Assembly (NCBI GenBank): GCA_965263355.1
Contig: CBDHHL010000032.1
Span: 1,888,001-1,952,000, forward strand
From: Leptolyngbyaceae cyanobacterium
Lineage (GTDB): Bacteria; Cyanobacteriota; Cyanobacteriia; Phormidesmidales; Phormidesmidaceae
DNA: 64,000 bases
Direction: 5' to 3'
Under the pieces are notes generated by a model. The model saw only the letters and a list, made by a program, of their open reading frames with translations. It had not been told where the DNA came from and ran no database searches. The number at the start of each line of letters is the position of its first letter. Within the stretch, counting starts at the first letter, position 1. The position numbers and the translations under genes were made by a program. Shown here in pieces: positions 31,258-42,319 of the stretch.

Positions 31258-32241
31258 CTACGCAGAATATTGCGATCGCCATGCCCCTGGCGGCATATCC
31301 AAATGTCGTTTAAACGCCCGGTTAAACGCCGCTAGATTCTCATATCCCACCTGTACAGCAATCTCACCAATATTGTTATCTGTATTTTTAAGAAGACGAC
31401 TAGCCACATGGATTCTCCACTTAGCCACATAGCTCATAGGACTTTCCCCCAGAGTGTCTTTAAAACGAGCAGAAAATCGAGAAGGAGATAGGTCAACACT
31501 TCGAGCCAAGGTCTCCACAGACCAATTATCTCCAGGCTGAGCATGAATCATAGCCAGGGTGCGACTAACAATGGGATCTTGCAGACCCGTTAACCAATTA
31601 GAATCTTGGGGCTGTATTTTATCCATATATGCTCGGATAGCCCCAGCACACAGCAATTCTAAAAGTCGCTCCACCATAAAGTCACTACCTGGAGAACGCT
31701 GATCTAGCTCTTGGGCAATCAAACTGGCAACACCCGACAGATTTTGAAACGTCTCAGCTTGAGACACAGGAGCATGTAAAACCGACGGTAGGGAGGCAAA
31801 CAAAGGATTAAGGTATGTGTCCTGTAAGTAAAAAACGCCGCACAGACACAACACAGAAACATTGCGAGTCCCCTTTGGGCAACGAAATGGCACATCTTTA
31901 CCAGCAAAAACATTCTCTACGGGAAAGATATGGGGATTTGTACCCTGGCCAATTTGATGAGATGCCCCCCCAAAGCAGATCACCATTTCTCCTGCTTCAA
32001 CCACTAAAGTGGAACTCTCTACAGAGGGAGACTCTGTGGATGTAACCTCGATATAACCACGCTCAACCAGATGAAATGGCACGACTCGGGTGCCTGTTTG
32101 TACATTCAAATGTTTTCCTAACTGCTCAGCAGATGGCAGTGTAATGGCCCAAGGCATCTCATACGACTCATGCAATAGGAGACTGCCACAGATATGCAGC
32201 GAGTCTAGGACGTCGCTCAAAATATCAAAATTTAAATCCAT
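31258..32241 (-). CDS. AraC-family regulator with cupin sensor domain
   Basis: DILSDVL N-terminus; WSVETLA...LSPSRF; VGYENLAAFNRAFKR. Confidence 0.93.
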   Translation of the reverse strand: MDLNFDILSDVLDSLHICGSLLLHESYEMPWAITLPSAEQLGKHLNVQTGTRVVPFHLVERGYIEVTSTESPSVESSTLVVEAGEMVICFGGASHQIGQGTNPHIFPVENVFAGKDVPFRCPKGTRNVSVLCLCGVFYLQDTYLNPLFASLPSVLHAPVSQAETFQNLSGVASLIAQELDQRSPGSDFMVERLLELLCAGAIRAYMDKIQPQDSNWLTGLQDPIVSRTLAMIHAQPGDNWSVETLARSVDLSPSRFSARFKDTLGESPMSYVAKWRIHVASRLLKNTDNNIGEIAVQVGYENLAAFNRAFKRHLDMPPGAWRSQYSA

Positions 32242-32370
32242 GTCAGTCGTTTTGGCATAATAAATAAATGTTTTAGTGTTTTATCTTACTTCTATCTCAC
32301 ACTAAACTGCATTGTATCAGCGACAAGCAAGCACGTCGTGATTAAGGCAAGTATTGGAGATAAAAGAACG

Positions 32371-32772
32371 ATGACGTCTGAACTGTATTGGTTGACTCTG
32401 ACTGTAACTATCACGGCTCTATTCTGGATGCCCTACATTGTGAATCGGATGATTGAAATGGGAGTTTGGGGCGCATTAAGTAATTCCAGCTTTGATCAGC
32501 CACCCAACGCAGCTTGGGCCGAACGGATGATGCATGCCCACAGTAATGCGGTGGAAAATCTGGTGATTTTTGCGCCGTTGGTGGTGGGACTTGCGATCTC
32601 AGGTATTAGCACCCCCGCCACCATTGCAGCGTGCCAGCTGTATTTCTTTGCCCGCCTGGCCCATTATGGGATCTATACCTTAGGAGTACCCTTTGCCCGC
32701 ACTGTGGCATTCCTCGCTGGGTTTGTCGCCCAAATCACCCTTGCCGTTGCTTTACTGGGAGCCGTTGCTTAA
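32371..32772 (+). CDS. MAPEG-family membrane protein
   Basis: WAERMMHAHSNAVENLVIFA; FFARLAH; likely start MTSELY. Confidence 0.88.
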   Translation: MTSELYWLTLTVTITALFWMPYIVNRMIEMGVWGALSNSSFDQPPNAAWAERMMHAHSNAVENLVIFAPLVVGLAISGISTPATIAACQLYFFARLAHYGIYTLGVPFARTVAFLAGFVAQITLAVALLGAVA

Positions 32773-33458
32773 TGAACAATAATCAGCCCTTGATGATTGT
32801 TGCTGGAGCCGGAGCCGGGCTGGGCCAATCTCTTTTGCGTCGCTTTGAAACCGATGGCTACAGGGCTATTGGTCTGGTCCGTTCCATGCCTGAAGAGCCC
32901 ACAGCTCTGGATCTGCGACGGGTAGATATGACTGATACAGAGACCGCAGGTGCCCTAATCACAGATTTGATTACCACCTACGGTCCTCCTAAAGTCGTTG
33001 TTCACAATACGGCAAAGCTAGTCATACAGTCCTTTGCTGAAACCAGCCTTGAGGATTTTGAGCAATGTTGGCAATCCATGGTGCAGGCAGCGGTGATACT
33101 GGCCCAGTCTGTCCTGCAGCCGATGGTTCGTGGGGGCGGTGGCACTTTTCTCGTGTCAGGGGCAACGGCTAGCCTACGGGGTGGTGCCAGCTTTTCGGCC
33201 TTTGCCTCAGCTAAATTTGCGCTGCGGGGACTCACTCAATCCCTGGCCCGTGAATACCAGCCAGTGGGTGTGCATGTTGTTCATGTCATTCTGGATGGGA
33301 TTATCGATACTGCACGGAGTCGTCAGTTGCATAGTTTGGATCCAACCAAAATGATGAACCCCAACGATATCGCTGAGGTTTATTGGCAACTGACCCATCA
33401 ACCGTCCTCTACCTGGACCCACGAGATAGACCTACGTCCAAGCGTAGAAACCTTTTAG
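32772..33458 (+). CDS. SDR-family oxidoreductase
   Basis: GAGAGLG, SGATASLRG, FASAKFALRGL; ATG at 32772 overlaps the MAPEG stop (TAATG). Confidence 0.9.
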   Translation: MNNNQPLMIVAGAGAGLGQSLLRRFETDGYRAIGLVRSMPEEPTALDLRRVDMTDTETAGALITDLITTYGPPKVVVHNTAKLVIQSFAETSLEDFEQCWQSMVQAAVILAQSVLQPMVRGGGGTFLVSGATASLRGGASFSAFASAKFALRGLTQSLAREYQPVGVHVVHVILDGIIDTARSRQLHSLDPTKMMNPNDIAEVYWQLTHQPSSTWTHEIDLRPSVETF

Positions 33459-33578
33459 CTGAGCGCTTTAGTAAGTAGGTAGGCAAAATAACTTACACAA
33501 GAACTTTTCAAGCATGACTTCCCAGGACTCGAACAGCCGAATCAACAGTAGGAATATCCTGATCAATTTGACTTAATC

Positions 33579-36116
33579 TCACGGATGACCTACCTTTAGC
33601 CCGGCATCAGCCTGGACGTACTCCTTAAGCACCACTGGTACAGGCTTAGTTTGCCAGATAGTCTCCACATAATCGCGAATAGAACGATCTGAGGAAAACT
33701 TACCTATACGGGCCGAATTAAGGATGGACATACGGGTCCATAGGGCCGGATTTGCATAGGCTTGACTTACCCGGTCCTGACAATCGACATAGGCTTGATA
33801 GTCAGCCAACAATAGATAAGGATCCTGGCAAAGTAGATTATCCACCAGAGGTTTGAACAAGTGTTGATCCCCCTGAGAGAAGACACCAGAGGAAAGCTGA
33901 TTGATAATTTTCTGGAGGTTGGGGTTGTTATTGCAATACTCTCTAGGAGTATACCCCTTCTCTCTCAGTGCCATCACCTGTTCTACCGTTAACCCAAATA
34001 AGAAGAAATTTTCCTCTCCAACGGCCTCACGAATTTCTACATTAGCGCCATCCAGAGTGCCAATGGTCAAAGCCCCATTCATTGAGAATTTCATATTACC
34101 CGTACCTGAGGCCTCTTTGCCTGCCATAGAAATCTGTTCTGAAAGATCGGCTGCAGGATACACGGGCTGGCTGTTGGTAACGTTATAATCTGGTAGAAAT
34201 ACTACTCTCAATCGTTCTGCTACGTCGGGATCGTTGTTAACCACATCTCCCACTGAGGTGATCAACTTAATCATTAATTTGGCCATAAAGTAGCCCGGTG
34301 CTGCCTTACCACCAAAGATAAATGTGCGAGGAACAATCGTCTGGGTAGGATTCTCCTTAATTCGGTTATAAAGGGTAATAATGTGCAACACATTTAGGTG
34401 CTGACGCTTATACTCATGGATGCGCTTGACTTGAATATCGAACATTGAGGCTGGATTGACGTCAATGCCCGTAAGTTTGACAATACGCTGGGCTAAACGG
34501 TGCTTATTTGCCAGTTTCACCTGTTGCCAGGCAGAACAAAAATCAGGATCATCTACAAATGATTCCAGCTGGCGTAATTCATCCAGATGACGCACCCAAC
34601 AATCGCCAATCTTACTGGTGATCAAGTCTGTTAGTCGAGGATTGCTCAATACCACCCAGCGACGGGGAGTAACGCCATTGGTGACATTGGTAATCTTGGT
34701 AGGCCATAGCTCGTGAAACTCTCTGAGAACCGTACTTTTTACCAGTTCACTGTGGAGGGCTGCCACACCATTGATAGCATAGCTACCCACCGAAGCCAGG
34801 TTTGCCATTCGCACATAGCGTTCTCCCGATTCATCAATCAGTGACAGTGCCGCCAGCTTTTCTCCATCATCTGGAAACCGCTGTTGCACCAAGTCTAAAA
34901 ATCGTCGATTAATCTCGTAAATAATTTCTAAATGTCGAGGCAACAACCGTCCAAACAAATCCACAGGCCATTTCTCAAGGGCTTCGGGTAAAAGTGTATG
35001 GTTCGTATAGGCAAATGTTTTTTGGGTCACCTCCCACGCGGTGTCCCAAAATATCCCATGATCATCCACCAGCAGACGCATGAGTTCTACTACACCGACA
35101 GCAGGATGAGTATCATTCAGCTGAGCTGTGAACTTTTTATGGAACGTCTCCAGGCTGTTCCCTTCAGCCAGGTGAATGCGGATCATATCCTGCAGTGAAC
35201 AGGATACAAAGAAATACTGTTGCTGTAGCCGTAGCGCTTTCCCTTGAATCTGCTCATCGTTGGGGTAAAGTACCTTAGTCAAGTTTTCTGCTGCTGTTTT
35301 GTCATTGACCGCACCGTAATAATCTCCTTGATTAAAGCGCTGAAAGTCAAAGGATTCACTGGCTTCTGCCTTCCATAATCGTAGCGTGTTAGCCGTATTC
35401 ACCCGATAACCAAGAATTGGTGTGTCATAGGGTACGCCTTTAAGACCGTAGTCAGGAACCCAGCGTATTCGTTGTTCCCCGTGGTCTGTAGTGTAAAACT
35501 CGGTGTAACCACCAAACTTTACTTCAACCGCTAAATCCGCCTGCAAAATTTCCCAGGGGTTGCCATACTGCAACCACTTATCGGTAATCTCTACCTGCCA
35601 ACCGTCGCGAATCTCCTGGTCAAAAATACCAAATTCGTAGCGAATACCGTATCCAATCGCTGGAATCTCTACACTTGCCAATGACTCCATATAGCAGGCG
35701 GCCAGTCGTCCCAAACCACCATTACCTAAACCAGGCTCTTCTTCCTGGGAAAGTAATTCATCCAGGTCTAGTCCAGAGTCTGTTACTGCTTTTTGTACGG
35801 GGTCGTAAATATTTAAATTAACCAGATTGTTCCCTAAGTGTGGTCCCAGCAAAAACTCTGCCGACAGATAGCAAACCACTCTCACATCAGCATTGTCATG
35901 GGTTCCCTTCGTCGCTAGCCATCGCTGCAACAAACGATCTCGTACAGTGTAAGCTAAGGCCATGTAGTAGTCATTTTTTGTGGCAATGCCCGGAAACTTA
36001 CCCTGTACATAGAACAAGTTATCAGCCATTGCTCGCCGCAGGGTTTCCGTACTGAGGCCAGTACGATCATCTTCCACCTGCACAGATTTGGACGTGACTA
36101 TATTTTGAGCTGCCAT
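33579..36116 (-). CDS. glgP: Glycogen/starch phosphorylase
   Basis: GLGNGGLGRLAAC, KRIHEYKRQ, EASGTGNMKF; likely start MAAQNI (ORF track starts at 36164). Confidence 0.97.
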   Translation of the reverse strand: MAAQNIVTSKSVQVEDDRTGLSTETLRRAMADNLFYVQGKFPGIATKNDYYMALAYTVRDRLLQRWLATKGTHDNADVRVVCYLSAEFLLGPHLGNNLVNLNIYDPVQKAVTDSGLDLDELLSQEEEPGLGNGGLGRLAACYMESLASVEIPAIGYGIRYEFGIFDQEIRDGWQVEITDKWLQYGNPWEILQADLAVEVKFGGYTEFYTTDHGEQRIRWVPDYGLKGVPYDTPILGYRVNTANTLRLWKAEASESFDFQRFNQGDYYGAVNDKTAAENLTKVLYPNDEQIQGKALRLQQQYFFVSCSLQDMIRIHLAEGNSLETFHKKFTAQLNDTHPAVGVVELMRLLVDDHGIFWDTAWEVTQKTFAYTNHTLLPEALEKWPVDLFGRLLPRHLEIIYEINRRFLDLVQQRFPDDGEKLAALSLIDESGERYVRMANLASVGSYAINGVAALHSELVKSTVLREFHELWPTKITNVTNGVTPRRWVVLSNPRLTDLITSKIGDCWVRHLDELRQLESFVDDPDFCSAWQQVKLANKHRLAQRIVKLTGIDVNPASMFDIQVKRIHEYKRQHLNVLHIITLYNRIKENPTQTIVPRTFIFGGKAAPGYFMAKLMIKLITSVGDVVNNDPDVAERLRVVFLPDYNVTNSQPVYPAADLSEQISMAGKEASGTGNMKFSMNGALTIGTLDGANVEIREAVGEENFFLFGLTVEQVMALREKGYTPREYCNNNPNLQKIINQLSSGVFSQGDQHLFKPLVDNLLCQDPYLLLADYQAYVDCQDRVSQAYANPALWTRMSILNSARIGKFSSDRSIRDYVETIWQTKPVPVVLKEYVQADAGLKVGHP

Positions 36117-36196
36117 GAGGATGCCTCTAATGTTCAATAGCGCACGCTGGAAAAGCTTAGTCATGAATTCAATGGTTAATTACCAGAGCCCCAGGT

Positions 36197-36234
36197 GCTC
36201 CAAAAGCGTTTTCTTAAGAAGACGCTTTTGGAGC
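36197..36234. terminator. Inverted repeat between xfp and glgP
   Basis: gctccaaaagcgttttctt / aagaagacgcttttggagc. Confidence 0.65.
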
Positions 36235-36250
36235 TAGGATCGCTGCAGTT

Positions 36251-38674
36251 TTAACACTCAGTTACATAGGGCCATTTCCATTGGGTAATTTCATCCTGGT
36301 CTTTGCCGTGCTCATGGGCATAGGCGAGACACTCAATGAGTTTGTTTTTCATCCGTTCCTTAACATGGGCTGCTGCCGAACCAAGCTTAGGCACACGATT
36401 AATTACATCAATCACCAAGTTAAAGCGGTCCACCTGGTTATTGATGGCTAACTCTAAAGGCGTATTGATATTTCCCTCTTCTTTATACCCCCGTACATGG
36501 ATGCGTTCCTGGTTAGAACGGCGATACACCAGCTTATGGATCAACCAGGGATAACCGTGGAAATTAAATATAACGGGTTTATCTGGAGTAAACAGTGAGT
36601 CGAAATCCCAATCTGATAGACCGTGGGGGTGTTCTCCCTCTGAGACCAGCTTGAACAAATCCACCACATTGACAAAACGAACCTTTAGTTCAGGAAACTC
36701 TGCCCGCAGAATTGCTGTTGCCGCCAAAGCTTCCATGGTGGGAATATCACCGCAACAGGCCATCACCACATCAGGGGCATCAGGGGCTGTGCCACAGTTA
36801 TCATTGCTAGCCCAATCCCAAATGCCAATCCCTTTAGTACAGTGGGCAATGGCTTTATCCATTGGCAGGTATTGCAGGTGCTTTTGCTTATCCGAGATAA
36901 TGACGTTAATGTAATCAGTGCTGCGAAAACAGTGATCGGCCACCGATAGCAGACAGTTAGCATCGGGTGGAAAATATACCCGCACTACCTCAGGGCTCTT
37001 ATTGGTCACTAAGTCCACATAGCCTGGGTCTTGATGGCTAAAACCATTGTGGTCCTGCCGCCATACTAAGGAAGATAGCAAGATATTGAGAGACGATACC
37101 GACCGCCGCCAGGGAACATGATTCCGACAAATATCTAACCACTTGGCATGTTGGTTAAACATGGAGTCCACCACATGGGCAAAGGCTTCATAGGTATGGA
37201 AAAGACCATGACGACCAGTTAGCAAATAAGCTTCTAACCAACCCTGCAGAGTATGCTCACTGAGCATCTCCATGACACGACCATCACGGGAGAGTTCAGT
37301 TCCTCCCTCATCTTCAGGATAGATGTCGGCCATCCAGACCTTTTTGGTCACTTCGTAAACATTCTGCAAACGATTTGATGCCGTTTCGTCGGGTCCCATC
37401 AAACGGAAGTTGTTGGGGTTATCTCGCATGATGTCCCGCATCAAAAAGCCCAGTACTTTGGTGTTTTCGAATTTCTCGGTACCATGGTGGTCCATCTTAA
37501 TGGCATAGTCACGGAAATCAGGCATCTTTAGTGCCTTACGCAGCAGACCACCGTTGGCATTGGGGTTAGCTCCCATACGACGGTTTCCAGTAGGGGCTAA
37601 TGCCTTTAGTTCAGGTATCAGAGCACCCATCTCATCAAATAGCTCTTCGGGTTTGTAGCTGCGCATCCACTCTTCTAGCTTAATCAAGTGATCAGGGTTG
37701 TCGTGCATGCCCCCCATGGGCACCTGGTGAGACCGCCAAAAGTCTTCAACTTTCTTGCCATCTACCTCGGCAGGGCCGGTCCATCCCTTGGGGGTACGCA
37801 GCACAACCATGGGCCAGCGAGGGCGCTCGATTTTGCCTGATACCCGTGCTTCTCGCTGAATTTCCCTAATTTTCAGGACACACTCTTCCATCACCGAGGC
37901 CATTTTCTGATGCATCTCTGCAGGGTCTTTACCCTCTACAAAATAGGGGGTGTACCCATAACCTCGGAACAGATATTCCAGTTCTTCGTGGGAGATACGG
38001 GCCAGAATAGTGGGGTTAGCAATCTTATAACCATTCAGGTTCAAAACCGGTAGCACTGCACCATCGCGGGCCGGGTTGATAAACTTGTTGGAGTGCCAGG
38101 CTGTGGCTAGAGGACCGGTTTCAGCTTCACCATCACCCACAACGCAGGTAACAATCAGGTCTGGATTATCTAACACAGCACCATAGGCATGGGAAACGCT
38201 GTAACCAAGCTCACCCCCTTCATGGATTGATCCCGGCGTCTCTGGCGTGACATGACTGCCGATGAATCCAGGAAAAGAGAACTGCTTAAAGAATCGCTGC
38301 ATCCCTTCTGCGTCTTCACTTTTATCGGGATAGAGTTCTGAGTAGGTACCTTCTAGGTAAACGGGACCCAATACACCAGGGGCACCGTGACCAGGACCGG
38401 CCACAAAAATCATGTCTAGATCATACTTTTTGATCAGACGATTACAGTGAATATAGGTAAAGCTTAAAGCAGGCGAAGCCCCCCAGTGACCCAGCAGACG
38501 ATGTTTTACATGCTCAGCTTTGAGCGGTTCCTGAAGCAAGGGATTATCTCGCAGATAAATCATGCCAACCGCCAAATAGTTACAGGCTCGCCAGTAAGCA
38601 TCTAGTAAGCGCAGCTCATCTTCTGTCAGCAGCGGAAATGAAGCACTTGTGGGTTGAATCGGGGCTTGTACCAT
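36251..38674 (-). CDS. xfp: Phosphoketolase (X5P/F6P)
   Basis: [32 protein letters not shown]. Confidence 0.97.
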   Translation of the reverse strand: MVQAPIQPTSASFPLLTEDELRLLDAYWRACNYLAVGMIYLRDNPLLQEPLKAEHVKHRLLGHWGASPALSFTYIHCNRLIKKYDLDMIFVAGPGHGAPGVLGPVYLEGTYSELYPDKSEDAEGMQRFFKQFSFPGFIGSHVTPETPGSIHEGGELGYSVSHAYGAVLDNPDLIVTCVVGDGEAETGPLATAWHSNKFINPARDGAVLPVLNLNGYKIANPTILARISHEELEYLFRGYGYTPYFVEGKDPAEMHQKMASVMEECVLKIREIQREARVSGKIERPRWPMVVLRTPKGWTGPAEVDGKKVEDFWRSHQVPMGGMHDNPDHLIKLEEWMRSYKPEELFDEMGALIPELKALAPTGNRRMGANPNANGGLLRKALKMPDFRDYAIKMDHHGTEKFENTKVLGFLMRDIMRDNPNNFRLMGPDETASNRLQNVYEVTKKVWMADIYPEDEGGTELSRDGRVMEMLSEHTLQGWLEAYLLTGRHGLFHTYEAFAHVVDSMFNQHAKWLDICRNHVPWRRSVSSLNILLSSLVWRQDHNGFSHQDPGYVDLVTNKSPEVVRVYFPPDANCLLSVADHCFRSTDYINVIISDKQKHLQYLPMDKAIAHCTKGIGIWDWASNDNCGTAPDAPDVVMACCGDIPTMEALAATAILRAEFPELKVRFVNVVDLFKLVSEGEHPHGLSDWDFDSLFTPDKPVIFNFHGYPWLIHKLVYRRSNQERIHVRGYKEEGNINTPLELAINNQVDRFNLVIDVINRVPKLGSAAAHVKERMKNKLIECLAYAHEHGKDQDEITQWKWPYVTEC

Positions 38675-38708
38675 AGTTGATAGTTTCCTCAGACAAGATG
38701 TAGAAACC

Positions 38709-38758
38709 CGGCTATAGACAATCGTTGGGGATGTATCTGTGGGCCTTGTCTATAGCCG
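38709..38758. promoter_or_regulatory. 13-bp inverted repeat in the xfp leader
   Basis: cggctatagacaa ... ttgtctatagccg, about 35 nt upstream of the xfp start. Confidence 0.5.
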
Positions 38759-39474
38759 TTATTTAGAACTTTGCTGAATACATGAGACGAATTTTTACAA
38801 GTATTTGTCCCTAAACAGAGTTGACTAACGCTTCAGGGATTGATGACTTTTTATGTTTATAAACATCATCAAATCTAATCTATGGACCCAACGTGAAATT
38901 ATCGTGGTTGTAATAGTGACTTAGGCGTATGTGTCTATGCCAAACCAGCTAGCGTAGGAAATCAAAAACTTTCAACAGTCTTTTCCTTTCTCCGCTTTAA
39001 GTCTAACTGCTTTCAATAAAACTGACCCCTCCCAAAGCAAAAAACTTAGTGCTTCTCGACACATAAAGCGTTTAATTTTCCTTTAAGAATTTGCTAGATT
39101 CTATATTCCCTAAGGTTTCTGCTAAAAGCTACAAACAATCAGCTATTGATTAGCTTACTTGATGATTTATTTCGCAATATTTACTTTGGATTAAGTAGTA
39201 TAAATGCACAGGGATGCATACACTTTAAACAACAAAACTATTGTTAATTATCACTCTAATTAAACAGTCATAAAGAATCTGATATAGTATTTTTTCTATG
39301 CTGATTAAATGCCCTAATCAATGATTTTATTCATTGTGAGAATGAGGTGATTTAGCTCTGTTTTGTGCAGTTAAATAAAGGGCTATAATTCTAATAAGGC
39401 TAGAGGTAGCTTATTAGAAATTACTCCGTATCATTGCAACAAGCTAAAAATAACGTTTTGAACGGGGATTGGGT

Positions 39475-40470
39475 ATGAAGGCAGCTTTTTTCAACACCAA
39501 ACGCTACGACGAACGCTCATTTGTTGAGGTCAATGCAGGCTATGGTCACGAGCTAACGTTCTTTGAACCCCGACTAACGCCAGATACGGCATCTCTGGCT
39601 GCAGGCTTTCCAGCTATCTGCGTGTTTATTAATGATGAGGTGGGGGAAGAAACGCTGCGTGCGATCGCAGCCACTGGCACCAAATTCATTGCCCTACGCT
39701 GTGCCGGCTATAACAATATCAATTTGCATATCGCTCAAACGCTGGGGATCAGAGTAGTGCGAGTCCCTGCCTATTCACCCTATGCTGTAGCAGAGCATGC
39801 TGTGGGCCTAATTATGAGCCTTAATCGTAAGCTGTATCGTGCCTATAACCGGGTAAGAGACGATAACTTTGCCCTGGATGGTCTGCTGGGGTTTGACCTC
39901 CACGGTAAAACCGTTGGCGTTGTTGGCACCGGCAAAATTGGTCAATGCTTTGCCCAAATCATGAATGGATTTGGCTGCAAGATCTTAGCCTACGATGTAC
40001 GACAAAATCCAGCCTGTTTAGACATAGGCGTGAACTATGTGGAACTGCCGGTATTGTTACAACAGTCTGACATTGTTTCCCTCCATTGTCCGTTGTTGCC
40101 GTCTACCCATCACATCATTAATGCAACGTCACTGCAACAGTTTAAGCCAGGGGCCATGTTAATCAACACCAGCCGGGGTGGTCTGATTGATACCGTGGCC
40201 GTCATTCAAGCCATTAAGTCAGGACAAATTGGATACTTTGGCATTGATGTATATGAACGGGAAGGAAATCTATTCTTTGAAGACCTGTCCGATACAGTTA
40301 TTCAGGATGACACATTCCAGCTGTTACAGTCCTTTTCAAATGTAGTGATTACAGCACACCAGGCATTTTTTACAAAAGAAGCATTACATAACATCGCTGA
40401 AACCACCCTGTCTAATATCAGTGATATGGAAGCAGGTCGTAATTGTCCCAACGAAGTGACTATAACTTAA
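39475..40470 (+). CDS. ldhA: D-lactate dehydrogenase (D-2-hydroxyacid dehydrogenase)
   Basis: RVPAYSPYAVAEH, GTGKIG, INTSRGGLID, DVYE, TAHQAF. Confidence 0.93.
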   Translation: MKAAFFNTKRYDERSFVEVNAGYGHELTFFEPRLTPDTASLAAGFPAICVFINDEVGEETLRAIAATGTKFIALRCAGYNNINLHIAQTLGIRVVRVPAYSPYAVAEHAVGLIMSLNRKLYRAYNRVRDDNFALDGLLGFDLHGKTVGVVGTGKIGQCFAQIMNGFGCKILAYDVRQNPACLDIGVNYVELPVLLQQSDIVSLHCPLLPSTHHIINATSLQQFKPGAMLINTSRGGLIDTVAVIQAIKSGQIGYFGIDVYEREGNLFFEDLSDTVIQDDTFQLLQSFSNVVITAHQAFFTKEALHNIAETTLSNISDMEAGRNCPNEVTIT

Positions 40471-40499
40471 ATCACATTAACATTGTTAATCTCACCCCT

Positions 40500-40664
40500 A
40501 TGAAATCCCTCCTTCATCGCACTAAGATTGTTGCTACCATCGGTCCTGCCAGTTGTTCTCCAGATGTCATCAAACAGCTGATGTTAGCTGTCATGAATAA
40601 GGAAATTGTCTTGCTTTTGGTTGATACTCGATTTTCTATAATAGGGAGGTTTTCACTGGTGTAG
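40500..40664 (+). pseudogene. pyk: Truncated pyruvate kinase N-terminus
   Basis: MKSLLHRTKIVATIGPASCSPDVIKQLMLAVMN matches the PK start (RTKIVATIGPAS...AGMN). Similarity ends before RLNFSHG and the frame stops at 40664. Confidence 0.85.
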
Positions 40665-40666
40665 TT

Positions 40667-41098
40667 ATGGCAAACTTGTTTCACCTGGCTTTTCCTGTTA
40701 GCAATATTGCTGATACTAAGCAATTTTATATTGATGGTCTGGGTTGCCAACCGGGTCGTGAATCTCCCAGTGCGCTGATTATGAATTTTCAGGGACATCA
40801 GCTGGTGGCCCATGTGACCCGCGATCAGCTGTCGGCCCAGGGTAGCATTTACCCTCGTCATTTTGGTTTGGTGTTTGATGTTGAGGCTGACTGGGAGGCC
40901 CTGGCAGAACGGGCCAAAGTTCAGGACCTTAATTTTTATCAGGAGCCAAAACGTCGCTTTGAGGGGACTCCCCTGGAACACCGTACGTTCTTTTTAGAGG
41001 ATCCGTTCCATAACCTGTTGGAATTTAAGTATTATTGTCATCCCAGTGCTGTCTTTGGTGAACGTGACCAGGGACAGGTGGGGGAGTTGCAGGGTTAG
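40667..41098 (+). CDS. VOC/glyoxalase family protein
   Basis: FHLAFPV, GHQLVAH, PRHFG, FLEDPFHNLLEFK. Confidence 0.9.
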   Translation: MANLFHLAFPVSNIADTKQFYIDGLGCQPGRESPSALIMNFQGHQLVAHVTRDQLSAQGSIYPRHFGLVFDVEADWEALAERAKVQDLNFYQEPKRRFEGTPLEHRTFFLEDPFHNLLEFKYYCHPSAVFGERDQGQVGELQG

Positions 41099-41709
41099 GT
41101 TTGGAGGGTGGTTGCAGGCTGAATAGTGAGGGCTTGTGCGATCGCAGCCAAACTCCGGTCATCCCACAGCATGCCATTGTGGCTAGACACTGGCAGCCGT
41201 TGATTGTCACCAATGGGTAAACAACAGTGACGGGCAGGTAACACCAGCAAGTCGTAAGGTGTCCACAGTGATAAGGGCCGACAGGCGGCTAGTATTTCCA
41301 TATCCCGATTTAAGTCAGCTAAAAACGAGCTACCGAGACGCATTTGCCTGATACCTATGTTCCAGCGAAACCAGGCCAGGGCTGTTCCGTAGTGAGGCAC
41401 CCCCACCCCAATAAACCGCTGGACTTGCTGCAGGCCCCCTAAACGCTGCATATAGTAGCGGCTGACCAGTCCGCCCATGCTAAACCCCAGCAAACAAAAG
41501 GACTGCCGCTCTCCCAATGTTTGGGTAATAAAGACCTTTAACTGATGGGCCTGCTGTTCAATGCTAATATCGCCATTGTTAGGCGTTAACCCAACGGCAT
41601 ATATGGTCCAGCCTTGTTTTTCTAAATAAGGCTGTAGTCGCCAAAAGATATTAACTGTATTCCACAGCCCATGGACCAGCACCACCGCTGGCTTGCCATT
41701 ATTTGTCAC
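41095..41709 (-). CDS. Lipase / alpha-beta hydrolase
   Basis: VLVHG, GFSMGG nucleophile elbow, PHYGT. Confidence 0.9.
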   Translation of the reverse strand: MTNNGKPAVVLVHGLWNTVNIFWRLQPYLEKQGWTIYAVGLTPNNGDISIEQQAHQLKVFITQTLGERQSFCLLGFSMGGLVSRYYMQRLGGLQQVQRFIGVGVPHYGTALAWFRWNIGIRQMRLGSSFLADLNRDMEILAACRPLSLWTPYDLLVLPARHCCLPIGDNQRLPVSSHNGMLWDDRSLAAIAQALTIQPATTLQT

Positions 41710-41998
41710 GCTTGCCTCGACTCTCTAACCAAAACAGAAATACAGCAATACCAATGACACCCATTTGGACGGCCAGGTTTGGCAATGCTGTTTCCACATC
41801 CTTACGGGCAATCAGCTGAGTTAAAAATACAAATGCCCCCAGTAGACCCGACGCACCCACCGCACCGTAGATAACTTTACGGAACCCCTTAAATGGTGTT
41901 TGGGTTTCCTGTACCAAACGCTCAAATCGTTCCTGGCTCATACCAGGGGGTTTAACGGGAACTTGCTCGTTTGCCTTGGATTTAGACTTTTTTGCCAT
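41699..41998 (-). CDS. DUF3493-like small membrane protein
   Basis: ERLVQETQTPFKGFRKVIY followed by two TM helices. Confidence 0.7.
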   Translation of the reverse strand: MAKKSKSKANEQVPVKPPGMSQERFERLVQETQTPFKGFRKVIYGAVGASGLLGAFVFLTQLIARKDVETALPNLAVQMGVIGIAVFLFWLESRGKRDK

Positions 41999-42082
41999 GG
42001 GGTCAAGGTTTTAACGGTTACTTACTATTTTTTCAAACTATGCTCCATCTTAGTAGACTCTGCTGCTATGCTTAGCATCCAT

Positions 42083-42154
42083 GCCAACGTGGCTCAGTGG
42101 TAGAGCACTCGATTCGTAATCGAGCGGTCACGGGTTCAAATCCCGTCGTTGGCT
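42083..42154 (+). tRNA. tRNA-Thr(CGT)
   Basis: Acceptor stem GCCAACG/CGTTGGC; D-arm GCTCAGTGGTAGAGC; anticodon arm CTCGA-TTCGTAA-TCGAG; T-loop GGTTCAAATCC. Confidence 0.97.
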
Positions 42155-42231
42155 TTAAGCCCAAAAGCATTGAAAATAAATAGATTAATCGATTTAAACA
42201 GGGATAAAATCTGCTTAAACATACATCATTT

Positions 42232-42294
42232 GGGTGTAAAAATTCCCTGATGTTGGACATTTTTAGACTAGTTTGGGTGTAAATCGGGTGTAAA
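42232..42294 (+). repeat. Three GGGTGTAAA direct repeats (candidate integrase arm-type sites)
   Basis: Copies at 42232, 42275 and 42286, between the tRNA 3' end and the integrase start. Confidence 0.6.
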
Positions 42295-42319
42295 TTCTTG
42301 TAAGAACTAATGTATTGCT

